Below are positions 54,838-63,483 of a stretch of 64,000 bases of DNA, in pieces. The DNA lies in assembly GCA_045659145.1 (NCBI GenBank), contig JAZOWI010000023.1, positions 3,669 to 67,668 of the forward strand, in the 5' to 3' direction. A program made the translations under genes and the position numbers. Source of the DNA: Acutalibacteraceae bacterium. GTDB lineage: Bacteria > Bacillota > Clostridia > Oscillospirales > Acutalibacteraceae. A model generated the notes under the pieces. The model worked only from the letters and a program-made list of their open reading frames with translations, was not told where the DNA came from and did not search any database. Each line of letters opens with the position of its first letter. Position 1 is the first letter of the stretch.

Positions 54838-54863
54838 TTCTTTGAGCAAGGATGTGTGTAACA

Positions 54864-55607
54864 ATGAAACTTATCGGCAGTGACTTCGACGGCACCCTCA
54901 ACCAAGGGGGCATTGACGAGGAAAAATTGCAAGCCATCCGCGACTGGCGTGCCGCCGGCAACAAATTCGGCGTGGTCAGCGGGCGCGGCCCGAACTTTTT
55001 GGACGAGCTCAAAGAAAAACTGGGAGACGAGTTCGACTTTTTGATCAGCTGCAACGGCGGCATCATCGCCGATGCCGACGGCAACGAGCTATACTCCGCC
55101 ACCTGCGACACGGTCAACATTGAGGAGTTCTGTCGGAACGTATACCGCTGGGGCGGTCAAGTAGTGGACTTTCTGGACGATCGATATTTCAGCATCGGCT
55201 GTGACAAGGCGGTAACCCAATCGTACGATTATTCGGTGGATGACCTCCCGCCCATCACCTTCTTCTACAAGCTTTGTATGGCGTGTAAAAACCCCGACGA
55301 AGCCCGCGAGATCGCCGAAAAAATCCGTGAAACCTACGGAGATCGAGTGTATGCCATGCAGAACTGGGGTATGATCGACATTGCCCCCGCCGGCGTCAAC
55401 AAGGCATCAGGTCTGCGGTGGTTGGCCAACCACTACGGCATCGCCGAGGAGAACATCATCGCCGTGGGCGACTACGATAACGACGCGGATATGATCCGCG
55501 AGTTCCGCTCCTACGCTATGGAAAACGGCAACGACTACATCAAAGAACTTGCCGATTTCATCACCCCGTCGGTGACCGAGCTCATCCGTCGGGAAATGAG
55601 TCTGTAA
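54864..55607 (+). CDS. HAD-superfamily hydrolase, Cof-type (subfamily IIB)
   Basis: Motif I GSDFDGTL and motif IV GDYDNDADM. Start moved to the ATG at 54864 for RBS spacing (AAGGA). Confidence 0.8.
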   Translation: MKLIGSDFDGTLNQGGIDEEKLQAIRDWRAAGNKFGVVSGRGPNFLDELKEKLGDEFDFLISCNGGIIADADGNELYSATCDTVNIEEFCRNVYRWGGQVVDFLDDRYFSIGCDKAVTQSYDYSVDDLPPITFFYKLCMACKNPDEAREIAEKIRETYGDRVYAMQNWGMIDIAPAGVNKASGLRWLANHYGIAEENIIAVGDYDNDADMIREFRSYAMENGNDYIKELADFITPSVTELIRREMSL

Positions 55608-55615
55608 ACACATAG

Positions 55616-55652
55616 AAAAGGACCTCCGCCGAAAAGCGGAGGCCCCTTCTTG
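55616..55652. terminator. Bidirectional terminator between convergent genes
   Basis: CCTCCGC (55623-55629) / GCGGAGG (55636-55642) with flanking A- and T-rich runs. Confidence 0.6.
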
Positions 55653-55659
55653 TTGCGTA

Positions 55660-58600
55660 TTATTCTACCCAAACGCCGGAAGCGTTAAAGGTGTATTTAG
55701 TGCCGCCGATGGTCAGGGTGGTACTATACACCATATAACCGTTGGCATCCAGATAATACCACTTGCCGCCATCCTGAACCCACGCACTCTTAGTCATAGA
55801 GCCGTTCTTATCCAGCCAGATCCAGCCGTAGCTGTCTTTCTTCCAGCAGTTGGTGACGGCATAGCCGTCCTCGCCCACATAGCACCAGCCCTTGCTGTCC
55901 TTGCACCAAGCATTGGTGAGCATCGCGCCGTTGGAGCCAAGATACACCCAACCCTTGGAATCCTTCTTCCATGCATTGGTCACCATATAGCCGTTCTTGT
56001 CCAAGAAGTACCACTTGCCGCCGTCCTTGACCCAAGCATTCTTGGTCATGGAACCGCTGGCATTCAGATAACACCAGCCGACACTGTCCTTCTTCCACGT
56101 ATTCGTCACAGCATAGCCATCGGCGCCCACATAGCACCAACCTACCGAGTCCTTGACCCACTTATTGGTGGCCATACGACCATCCTTGTCCAGATAACAC
56201 CAACCGACGGAATCCTTCACCCATTTATTGGTGACACAGTAGCCGTCACTGCCCACGTAGCACCAGCCGACCGAGTCCTTGATCCAAGCGTTGGTGGCCA
56301 TCTTACCGGAAGAGGTCAGATAGACCCAGCCCACGCTGTCTTTGCGCCATTGGCTGACCTGCATATAGCCGCCCTTGGCCAAATAGTACCATCCGCCGCC
56401 GTCGTGGAGCCACTGACTTTCCAACACATAGGCATCCTTATCCTGATAGATCCAGCCCTTGCCGTCGTGGGCCCAACCGTCGGACACGCAATAGCCGTCC
56501 TTGCCGATATACCGCCATTTGGCCCCATCGCGGCGCCACGCGTCGGTGACCTTCTCGCCCAAGGAATAGAAACACCATTTGCCGTCCTCCAAGGTCCAAC
56601 CTCTGAATCTGTCAACAAACTCATCATCGCCCTCGGTGGCATTCTCCTCTTCGAACAAACGAATGTTGTCAAAGAACGCTTCGCCGCCCTTGTCCAGCAC
56701 CGCAAAGCCGATACGCGTCATTCCTCGGGTATTGAATCCAAAGAATAGGGAGAACCATTCCCCGTCAAAATCATCAATAAACATCATATCGAAGAAGGAA
56801 ACGGGACCGCCCAGCTTATCTGCCAGCAATTTTACTTTGCCTAATCCGTCCTCCAATATCTTCATATCCATAGAGAAAATATAACGGGTATTGGGTTTAA
56901 CATCCAACCATTTGATGTAGTGAATACCATTGGAGGACTCACCGCCGGTATATTTGAGTGAGGTGCCGTATTCAAAGGGCTGCTCCTCCATACTCATAAA
57001 GCCCTGATTCCAACCACCGCCGGACTGCCAATAATCCGAGTCGGGGTCGTCCATACGGATATTCTCAGTTACAGAGTACTTGTCCTCACAATAATCATCC
57101 TCTACCATGTAGTAGTAAACGGCAGAGGCCATATTCTCACTGAGATAATGCTGTCCATCCGCTGTTTTATACAACGCCAGACCGTCCACCCACATCTGAC
57201 TGGACCGCCCCAGCAGACCGATGGTGATGCTGGTCTGACTGCCGCTGTTGAACTTCACACTGCGCAATGCCCAGCGATTATCCCAAGCCTTGGGACGAAT
57301 CTGCTGATAATCGCGGGAGGCACGTCCATCAATTTCCGGTTGCACCATAAACTTCTGCGTACGGGGATTGAGCACACCGATGCTGGCCGCAAAGCGGTTA
57401 TTCTCACTGATGTAGGGACCCTTCACCCATGTGGAGAATACATACTCGGTGTTGGGCTGTATGTCCACGGTAAAGGTGTACCATCGGTATTCGTCAACAT
57501 CGGAGGAATCGAAAAACAAAGAATATTCCCCCTCAGGGGCGGTGGCATCCTTCACCACCTGCACACCATCCCGCAAGAAAGCATCGGTATTCCATTGACC
57601 GCCATCGCTGATTTCGAAACTGCCGTTATCGATCAAATTCACCGCATCCTTCATGGGGCGGTCGTTCCATTCGCCGAATTGAAGGAGAGAAATATTGGGC
57701 GCACCGGAGACGACCGCTCCGGCCGCCGGCACCGTGGGACGCGTTACCGTCTTTACATTGATTTTCACATTATCTTGCACATAGGCAACCGCATCCATAG
57801 GGCTGTTGGAGACCGACTCGGCGGTGTTGCCTTCGGCATCCCGTACCACGATCTTATAAATAGCATTGTAGGCAGTGCCGTTATCCCTGTAAGAGCACTT
57901 ATTACCTTTTTTATAATCATTCTGATCTACGTTTTCCAACACCATTTTCCAGTTCTTTCCGCCGTCGGTGGAGCGCAACAGATCCATAGATACCGCCTGA
58001 CGAGAGGGGATCCACTCAATGGCATCCACACCATTGACGTAGAAGAACTCCGCCGCGTCCAACGGAGCGTCTACCGCCCAATAGGTATAGCGGGCATCCA
58101 AAATGTGCTCCCGCAGGCGGAAGGCATACTCGCGGAAGTCGGTGGTAGTCACCGCATTCTTCGCCAACAAATCGTGCGTGGCTCCCTTACTATTGGGCTG
58201 CCAGCACCACAAGAAACCACCGTGCCACCCCTTCTCCCGCATATTCTTGCGGAAATTCAGGTGGGCATTAAGATAATCCTGCTCCGTGAGGTTCGTGCCG
58301 TCACCTATGTTATACTCAGTCATCAGCATCGGTGCGGTAGTATAAAAATACTCCATAGGGTCACAGTTACCGTTGTTGTCATAGCGGTTGCGTCCCATCA
58401 CGTCCAGTTCCAGCTCGCTGTAAGTAGCCAGATCGTCAAAGTTGGCCGCCACCGTGCGGGCGATCCCGGGCAGTTCCTCCTTGACTACATCATTCATAGC
58501 GGTCACCAGACGCAGCATATCCTCCTTGGTTACACCGTAGGCCACGCCGTGAGAGGTGCCGGAGGTTTTGTTGCCGATGGCCGTGTCGTTCATCTCGTTC

Positions 58601-59268
58601 TCAATCTCATCGGTCAGGGCAATGAGCGCCACCACATCAGGGAACTCCGCCAGCACCTTACACAGAGGACGGACAAACCGCTCCACATAATGCTCGGTCA
58701 CGGTAGGATTGGAATACATCTGGGTCATCATCGTCCAGGCATCGAAGCCGTAATAATCGTCTGCCGAGGAGGAGTGGAACAAGATGTTCCACATCACAGG
58801 CATACCGATCTGACGGCACATCTCCAACAAACGGCGGACGTTAGCCAGATAATCTTCTTTAATACCCACCACGTCACCGTTGTCGTCAATAATCACGCCC
58901 TCGGCATAGGCAGAACCGGCATAGGCCAGCATATTGTAGCCCATCGCTTTCAGGTTATAGATCTCTTTGTAGATCTTATTGGCACCGTAGGCATCAATGC
59001 CGACGGAATCAAACCCGTACCAACGGTTATCGATCCAGGTCTGCGCGATTTCGTTGGCGGTGAGACCCGAACCCAGATAGTTGTGGGTGAACCAAGGGTA
59101 CCACACGCCCTCGATGAAGCCGTCCCGCTCCAAAATCTGCTGGTACAGCGTCTTCTCCGCGGTTACGGGAGTCGGCTCCTCTGCCGCTGCCGGCAGCAGT
59201 CCCGCCAATCCCGCCAACAGAGCCAATACGCTCAAAAAGGACAACCATTTGATATAGGATTTTCGCAT
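55660..59268 (-). CDS. 1202-aa secreted fusion: clan GH-A-like catalytic module (paralogue P4), Fn3-like/Asp-box, conserved tandem CBM-like pair, cell-wall-binding repeats
   Basis: Signal peptide. QILERDGFIEGVWYPWFTH, DEIENEMNDT, LMTEYNIGDG, Asp-box STDGGKNW, NGSFEISDGGQWNTD...MWVDGLALYK, YCEDKYSVTEN...AFFDNIRLFE. Then ~320 aa of W(V/K)KDS(V/K)GW(C/V)Y repeats. Confidence 0.8.
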   Translation of the reverse strand: MRKSYIKWLSFLSVLALLAGLAGLLPAAAEEPTPVTAEKTLYQQILERDGFIEGVWYPWFTHNYLGSGLTANEIAQTWIDNRWYGFDSVGIDAYGANKIYKEIYNLKAMGYNMLAYAGSAYAEGVIIDDNGDVVGIKEDYLANVRRLLEMCRQIGMPVMWNILFHSSSADDYYGFDAWTMMTQMYSNPTVTEHYVERFVRPLCKVLAEFPDVVALIALTDEIENEMNDTAIGNKTSGTSHGVAYGVTKEDMLRLVTAMNDVVKEELPGIARTVAANFDDLATYSELELDVMGRNRYDNNGNCDPMEYFYTTAPMLMTEYNIGDGTNLTEQDYLNAHLNFRKNMREKGWHGGFLWCWQPNSKGATHDLLAKNAVTTTDFREYAFRLREHILDARYTYWAVDAPLDAAEFFYVNGVDAIEWIPSRQAVSMDLLRSTDGGKNWKMVLENVDQNDYKKGNKCSYRDNGTAYNAIYKIVVRDAEGNTAESVSNSPMDAVAYVQDNVKINVKTVTRPTVPAAGAVVSGAPNISLLQFGEWNDRPMKDAVNLIDNGSFEISDGGQWNTDAFLRDGVQVVKDATAPEGEYSLFFDSSDVDEYRWYTFTVDIQPNTEYVFSTWVKGPYISENNRFAASIGVLNPRTQKFMVQPEIDGRASRDYQQIRPKAWDNRWALRSVKFNSGSQTSITIGLLGRSSQMWVDGLALYKTADGQHYLSENMASAVYYYMVEDDYCEDKYSVTENIRMDDPDSDYWQSGGGWNQGFMSMEEQPFEYGTSLKYTGGESSNGIHYIKWLDVKPNTRYIFSMDMKILEDGLGKVKLLADKLGGPVSFFDMMFIDDFDGEWFSLFFGFNTRGMTRIGFAVLDKGGEAFFDNIRLFEEENATEGDDEFVDRFRGWTLEDGKWCFYSLGEKVTDAWRRDGAKWRYIGKDGYCVSDGWAHDGKGWIYQDKDAYVLESQWLHDGGGWYYLAKGGYMQVSQWRKDSVGWVYLTSSGKMATNAWIKDSVGWCYVGSDGYCVTNKWVKDSVGWCYLDKDGRMATNKWVKDSVGWCYVGADGYAVTNTWKKDSVGWCYLNASGSMTKNAWVKDGGKWYFLDKNGYMVTNAWKKDSKGWVYLGSNGAMLTNAWCKDSKGWCYVGEDGYAVTNCWKKDSYGWIWLDKNGSMTKSAWVQDGGKWYYLDANGYMVYSTTLTIGGTKYTFNASGVWVE

Positions 59269-59294
59269 AAGATCACACTCCTTTTCACAAGAAG

Positions 59295-59324
59295 ATTATA
59301 TCGTAAAAGAGAGAGCGCCGTCAA
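59295..59324 (-). promoter_or_regulatory. Sigma-A type promoter for the 55660-59268 gene
   Basis: The minus strand reads TTGACG-18 nt-TATAAT (complement of 59319-59324 and 59295-59300). Confidence 0.55.
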
Positions 59325-59513
59325 TAGTTTGTTGTGTAAGAGGATAGAAGGACTAACCCCTTTGCGGTGCCCGAAATTCGCTCCCCTCGCTATCGCTCGG
59401 CGAATTTCGACCGCGGCGCCAACCCCTGCTCGCTGCATCCGCCACCGGCGGCGCTCGCAGGCGTTGCCCGGCACGCTCCGCGTGCCTCGGGTTCTCCTAC
59501 TCTTGCCAAAACA

Positions 59514-59541
59514 AAAAGCACACCTCACGGTGTGCTTTTTG
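59514..59541 (-). terminator. Intrinsic terminator downstream of the tRNA pair
   Basis: AAAAAGCACACC (59514-59525) / GGTGTGCTTTTT (59529-59540), with A/T runs on both sides. Confidence 0.75.
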
Positions 59542-59544
59542 TTT

Positions 59545-59620
59545 TGGCAGGGGCAGAAGGACTTGAACCCTCGGCACGCGGTTTTGGAGACCGCTGCTCT
59601 ACCAACTGAGCTATACCCCT
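59545..59620 (-). tRNA. tRNA-Trp (anticodon CCA)
   Basis: 76 nt: AGGGGTATAGCTCAGTTGGTAGAGCAGCGGTCTCCAAAACCGCGTGCCGAGGGTTCAAGTCCTTCTGCCCCTGCCA. 7-bp acceptor stem, anticodon loop CTCCAAA, T-loop GGTTCAAGTCC, encoded CCA end. Confidence 0.9.
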
Positions 59621-59684
59621 ATATGGGCGGGCGCCGCGTACGCGGGCCGCTATGTGAACAGACCGAAATGGTCTGAGTGGACAC

Positions 59685-59761
59685 TGGTGGGCCTTCAGGG
59701 ACTTGAACCCGGGACCGACCGGTTATGAGCCGGTTGCTCTAACCAACTGAGCTAAAGGCCC
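59685..59761 (-). tRNA. tRNA with CAT anticodon, probably tRNA-Ile2 (lysidine-modified) rather than elongator Met
   Basis: 77 nt: GGGCCTTTAGCTCAGTTGGTTAGAGCAACCGGCTCATAACCGGTCGGTCCCGGGTTCAAGTCCCTGAAGGCCCACCA. The anticodon loop CTCATAA and D-arm resemble Bacillus tRNA-Ile(CAU). It lacks initiator features. Confidence 0.85.
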
Positions 59762-59790
59762 ATATGACAAAGTCGTCAGTCACGAACAAT

Positions 59791-59818
59791 ATTCTACCAC
59801 AAAATCTCCCATTGTCAA
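59791..59818 (-). promoter_or_regulatory. Strong sigma-A type promoter for the tRNA pair
   Basis: The minus strand reads TTGACA-16 nt-TAGAAT with TGG immediately 5' of the -10. It ends about 30 nt before the tRNA 5' end. Confidence 0.6.
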
Positions 59819-59844
59819 GCCTTTTTTCGTTTCCTTTTACAAAA

Positions 59845-61230
59845 TTATTGGGAAGCCTCCGTCGTCACGGGCAAATACCGACGCATCACTCGAATACAGA
59901 GGGGAATCGCCGCCGCAGAGGTGAAAATATCCGCCAAGGGCAGCGCCAGCTGCACTCCCAACACGGGAGAGACCTCGGGCAAGCACCACTGTACCAAGAA
60001 GGGCAGACCGACCACCAAGGGGATGAAAAACAATCCCTGCCGCGCCATAGACAAGAAGCTGGCAGGCACCACCCGTCCGATGGTCTGCATCAGCATCGTG
60101 GACATAGCAAACCACGCCGTCAGCGGAAAGCTGACGCACTGCAATCGCAAAGCCACCGCGCCCTGCGTCAGCACCGCCTCATCGGTGCTGAACAGCCGCA
60201 CCAGCTGAGGCGCGAACACAAATCCCGCCGCCGATGCCACCACCAGCAGAGCCGTGCCCAGCTTGACACAGAACCAAAAAGCCTGACGCACCCGCTGATA
60301 CAGTCCGGCGCCGTAATTGAAACCGCAGACAGGCTGAAATCCCTGACCGAAACCGAGAATGGCCGCAAAGGCCAGATGCATAATGCGGCTGGCCACCGAC
60401 ATAGCGGCAATGGCCGCGTCGCCGCCGAAACGTCCCGCCATCAGATTAAGGGCAATGGTAGCCAAGCTGGCCAATGCCTGCCGACACAGAGATGGAAAAC
60501 CGCCGCGAAAGATCTCGCACACATCGCTCCAACGCAGGCGGAACAAGCGGGGGCGGATGCGCAGGTTATCCCCGCGAAAACACCCCGTAAGCAACAAGAC
60601 AAAGCTCACTATCTGGCTGATAACGGTCGCCCACGCGGCACCCACTACCCCCATTTCGAGCACAAAAATAAAGATGGGGTCTAAGATAATATTCAGCACA
60701 CCGCCGATTCCGATGCCGATCATACTGTAAAAGGCGCTCCCCTGAAACCGCAACTGGTTATTGAGGGTCATGGCCGCCGTCATAAAGGGCGCACCCAACA
60801 AGATGACCCGCAAATAGTCCCTTGCATAGGGCAAAATAGTGTCGGTAGAGCCTAAAAAGCGCGCCAAAGGATTCAAAAACAGCAGGCCCAGCCCGCTGAT
60901 GACACATCCTACGAACAGGGACGAGAAAAAGCCTACCACCGCCATCTGTTCTGCCTTGTCCCGCTGTTGCTGACCCAGCATACGGGACACAAAATTGCCG
61001 GAGCCCTGCCCGAAGAAAAAGCCGCAGGCCTGAATAATGGCCATCAGGGAAAACACCACCCCCACCGCACCGGTGGCGCTGGTATTGTCCAGTTGTCCCA
61101 CAAAAAAGGTGTCCGCCATATTGTAGATGGAGGTGATGAGCATCGACACCACCGTCGGCACCGCCAGCCGACCGATCAGACGTCCCACGGGAGCGGTGGT
61201 CATACGTATAAACTTTTCCTGCTGCTCCAC
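59845..61230 (-). CDS. MATE-family efflux transporter
   Basis: 12-TM protein with a typical MATE N-terminus (MTTAPVGRLIGRLAVPTVVSMLITSIYNMADTFFVGQL). The GTG at 61230 is preferred because AAGGAGGT lies 7 nt upstream. Confidence 0.85.
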   Translation of the reverse strand: MEQQEKFIRMTTAPVGRLIGRLAVPTVVSMLITSIYNMADTFFVGQLDNTSATGAVGVVFSLMAIIQACGFFFGQGSGNFVSRMLGQQQRDKAEQMAVVGFFSSLFVGCVISGLGLLFLNPLARFLGSTDTILPYARDYLRVILLGAPFMTAAMTLNNQLRFQGSAFYSMIGIGIGGVLNIILDPIFIFVLEMGVVGAAWATVISQIVSFVLLLTGCFRGDNLRIRPRLFRLRWSDVCEIFRGGFPSLCRQALASLATIALNLMAGRFGGDAAIAAMSVASRIMHLAFAAILGFGQGFQPVCGFNYGAGLYQRVRQAFWFCVKLGTALLVVASAAGFVFAPQLVRLFSTDEAVLTQGAVALRLQCVSFPLTAWFAMSTMLMQTIGRVVPASFLSMARQGLFFIPLVVGLPFLVQWCLPEVSPVLGVQLALPLADIFTSAAAIPLCIRVMRRYLPVTTEASQ

Positions 61231-61243
61231 GTAGGATACCTCC

Positions 61244-62308
61244 TTACAGTTCGATAATGCGATACACGTTGTCCTCACCCTCGCACATCGCCGCCAGAGT
61301 GAGATACGGAATGCCGTCCAGCACCTGCTCGGATCCCCAGTGATAGTGACCCTGCCACACCGCCTTCACCTTGCCGGAACGGGCGATGATCTCACGCACC
61401 GCTTCGGCATTTTTGATGATGTGGTGACGCTCCACCGTGGGGTCCAGATTCTCGTGCACCAGCACGATACAGTCACCTTGGGCCTGCTCTAAGGTCTGCT
61501 CCAAGTAGGTCACCTGCTCCGGCGGGAGATTAGCGTCGGTCCAATCCACGCCGGCGATATCAAACCGCACCAGACTGCTGCGATAGTTGGCATCCAACAC
61601 AATAAAGGTATACCCACCCATCTTCACCGTATACGGGGGGATCTCGCCCCCTACCTCGGCCATTAGTTCCTCGGCGGACAGCATCAGGTAGTCGTGGTTA
61701 CCGGGCACCAGATAGAAAGGCAGACCGTAGGAGCGGATAAGCGCCATCTCCTCTTTGAGACACTCCAAAATACTCTCGCGGGTGTCCCCCGTATCGTGGT
61801 CGGTCAGGTCGCCCAAACAAAAGCAAACATCCACCTCAGCCGCCTGAAAAGCCTCCATCGCCTCCCGAATCTTTCCCAAGGACAAGGCGGGGCGGCGGTT
61901 GCCGTTAATGCAATCCGCCCGACAGAAATGGGAATCCGTAAACAATCCTACTTTCATTTTTCTCGCCCCTGTTGTTTCATCGCACAACGAATACCGCTGC
62001 AAAATCTTTTTATAGCTTCGATAGACCAGCCCTATCCCCACCGTACACGCAAAAACCAGTAGAACCACACCGACTATGGGATGCACCAAAAAGCCCAAAC
62101 CCGTCACCACAAAGCCTGCCGCATACTTTTTGTACAGTGCGGCCATCTCACGGTTGTAGGCAGAGACGTCGGTTACTTTATCTTTCAGCGACGCGTCTCC
62201 GCTCCAAAAGGATATAGGGTCTTTTCCGTTTACATTATATTTGGCGATGACCCAAAAGGGAATCGCGCACAACAAACAAGAGAGTAAAGCAATGATGCGT
62301 CCGGGCAT
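61244..62308 (-). CDS. Membrane-anchored metallophosphoesterase (N-terminal ~110-aa 3-TM region fused to a calcineurin-like domain)
   Basis: TM segments IIALLSCLLCAIPFWVI, GFVVTGLGFLVHPIV, VVLLVFACTVGIGLV. Then FTDSHF, GDLTDH, PGNHD and GHYH. GAGGAGAA RBS at the first ATG. Confidence 0.7.
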   Translation of the reverse strand: MPGRIIALLSCLLCAIPFWVIAKYNVNGKDPISFWSGDASLKDKVTDVSAYNREMAALYKKYAAGFVVTGLGFLVHPIVGVVLLVFACTVGIGLVYRSYKKILQRYSLCDETTGARKMKVGLFTDSHFCRADCINGNRRPALSLGKIREAMEAFQAAEVDVCFCLGDLTDHDTGDTRESILECLKEEMALIRSYGLPFYLVPGNHDYLMLSAEELMAEVGGEIPPYTVKMGGYTFIVLDANYRSSLVRFDIAGVDWTDANLPPEQVTYLEQTLEQAQGDCIVLVHENLDPTVERHHIIKNAEAVREIIARSGKVKAVWQGHYHWGSEQVLDGIPYLTLAAMCEGEDNVYRIIEL

Positions 62309-62319
62309 AGTGTTCTCCT

Positions 62320-63471
62320 CTATTCTTTCCGCGTCAAGCTAACGATACACTCCACATGTTCCGTGTGGGGAAACATATCCACCGGCTGAATCTTCTTGAC
62401 CTTATAGCCGTTTTTTACGAGAAAAGTCAGATCGCGGGCCTGAGTTTCGGGATTACAGGAAATATACACCACCCGTTTCGGAGCCAGCGTGACCAAACAT
62501 TTCAGAAAATCCAGGCTGGCGCCTGCCCGAGGCGGATCCATAATCACTACGTCGTATTTAGTGCCCTTGCGCGCCGCTTTCACCATAAAGCGCCCCGCAT
62601 CGTCCTCATAGAACTCGATATTGTCCACGCCGTTGAGGGCGGCGTTCTCCTTGGCATCCTTAACGGCGTCGCCGTTCAGCTCCACGCCCACCACCCGTTT
62701 GGCCTTGGGGGAAGCAATAATGCCGATGGTGCCGGTGCCGCAATAGGCGTCCAGCACCGTTTCCTCGCCCGTCAACTGGGCGAAATCCAGTGCTTTCTTA
62801 TACAATATCTCGGTCTGGATGGGGTTGATCTGATAAAAGGCCTTGGGGGAAATGCGAAAGCGGAAGCCGCACAGATCCTCCTCGATATAGCCGCTGCCGT
62901 ACAGCACACGGCTCTCCTCGCCCAGCAGCAAACTGGTGCGCTTGTTGTTGACGTTCTGCACCACCGTGGTGATTTCCGGATGACGGGTCAGTAGGGCGTT
63001 CACAAAGGACTCCTCTTTGGGGAAATCCATCACAGAAGTAACCAGCACCACCATGATCTCGCCGCTGGAAAAGCCTCTTTTAATCAGAACGTGGCGAAGA
63101 AACCCCTTCATCGTCCCATCGTTGAAGGCTCGCAATTTGAAACTTTTCAGCAGTTTGCGCACGGTGACAATGATCTCGTCCGCTTTCTCGTCCTCGATCA
63201 GACAGCGGTCCACAGGGACGATCTTGTGGGTGGAGGACTGATAAATGCCGGAAATGATCTCGCCGTGCCGCTCGCCGAAGGCCGCCTGCACCTTATTGCG
63301 ATAATGATAGGGATGCTTCATCCCGATGATCTCGTCCACGTGGCGGTATTTGCCCAGCAGCTTGATCACCTTGACCTGCTTAAAGCTGAGCTGCCGCTCA
63401 TAGCTCATATTCTGCAATTGACATCCGCCGCACTTTTTCGCGTGGGGACACTTTATGGTATGTTCACTCAT
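62320..63471 (-). CDS. 23S rRNA (uracil-5)-methyltransferase, RumA/RlmD-TrmA family (no TRAM domain)
   Basis: Fe-S cysteine motif CPHAKKCGGCQLQ, SAM motif LDAYCGTGTIG, DPPRAG, and the catalytic-Cys region VVYISCNPETQARD. Confidence 0.85.
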   Translation of the reverse strand: MSEHTIKCPHAKKCGGCQLQNMSYERQLSFKQVKVIKLLGKYRHVDEIIGMKHPYHYRNKVQAAFGERHGEIISGIYQSSTHKIVPVDRCLIEDEKADEIIVTVRKLLKSFKLRAFNDGTMKGFLRHVLIKRGFSSGEIMVVLVTSVMDFPKEESFVNALLTRHPEITTVVQNVNNKRTSLLLGEESRVLYGSGYIEEDLCGFRFRISPKAFYQINPIQTEILYKKALDFAQLTGEETVLDAYCGTGTIGIIASPKAKRVVGVELNGDAVKDAKENAALNGVDNIEFYEDDAGRFMVKAARKGTKYDVVIMDPPRAGASLDFLKCLVTLAPKRVVYISCNPETQARDLTFLVKNGYKVKKIQPVDMFPHTEHVECIVSLTRKE

Positions 63472-63483
63472 AGCTCCCTCTGT

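Noticed and set aside
59232-59609. 98-aa (minus) and 80-aa (plus) ORFs in the GC-rich spacer
   Set aside because: Arg/Ala/Gly-rich composition with no RBS. One overlaps the gene start and promoter at 59268-59324, and the other runs into tRNA-Trp.
57148-59676. 842-aa plus-strand ORF
   Set aside because: It is the antisense shadow of the GH-CBM fusion gene. It also runs through a promoter, a terminator and tRNA-Trp, which is incompatible with a real CDS.
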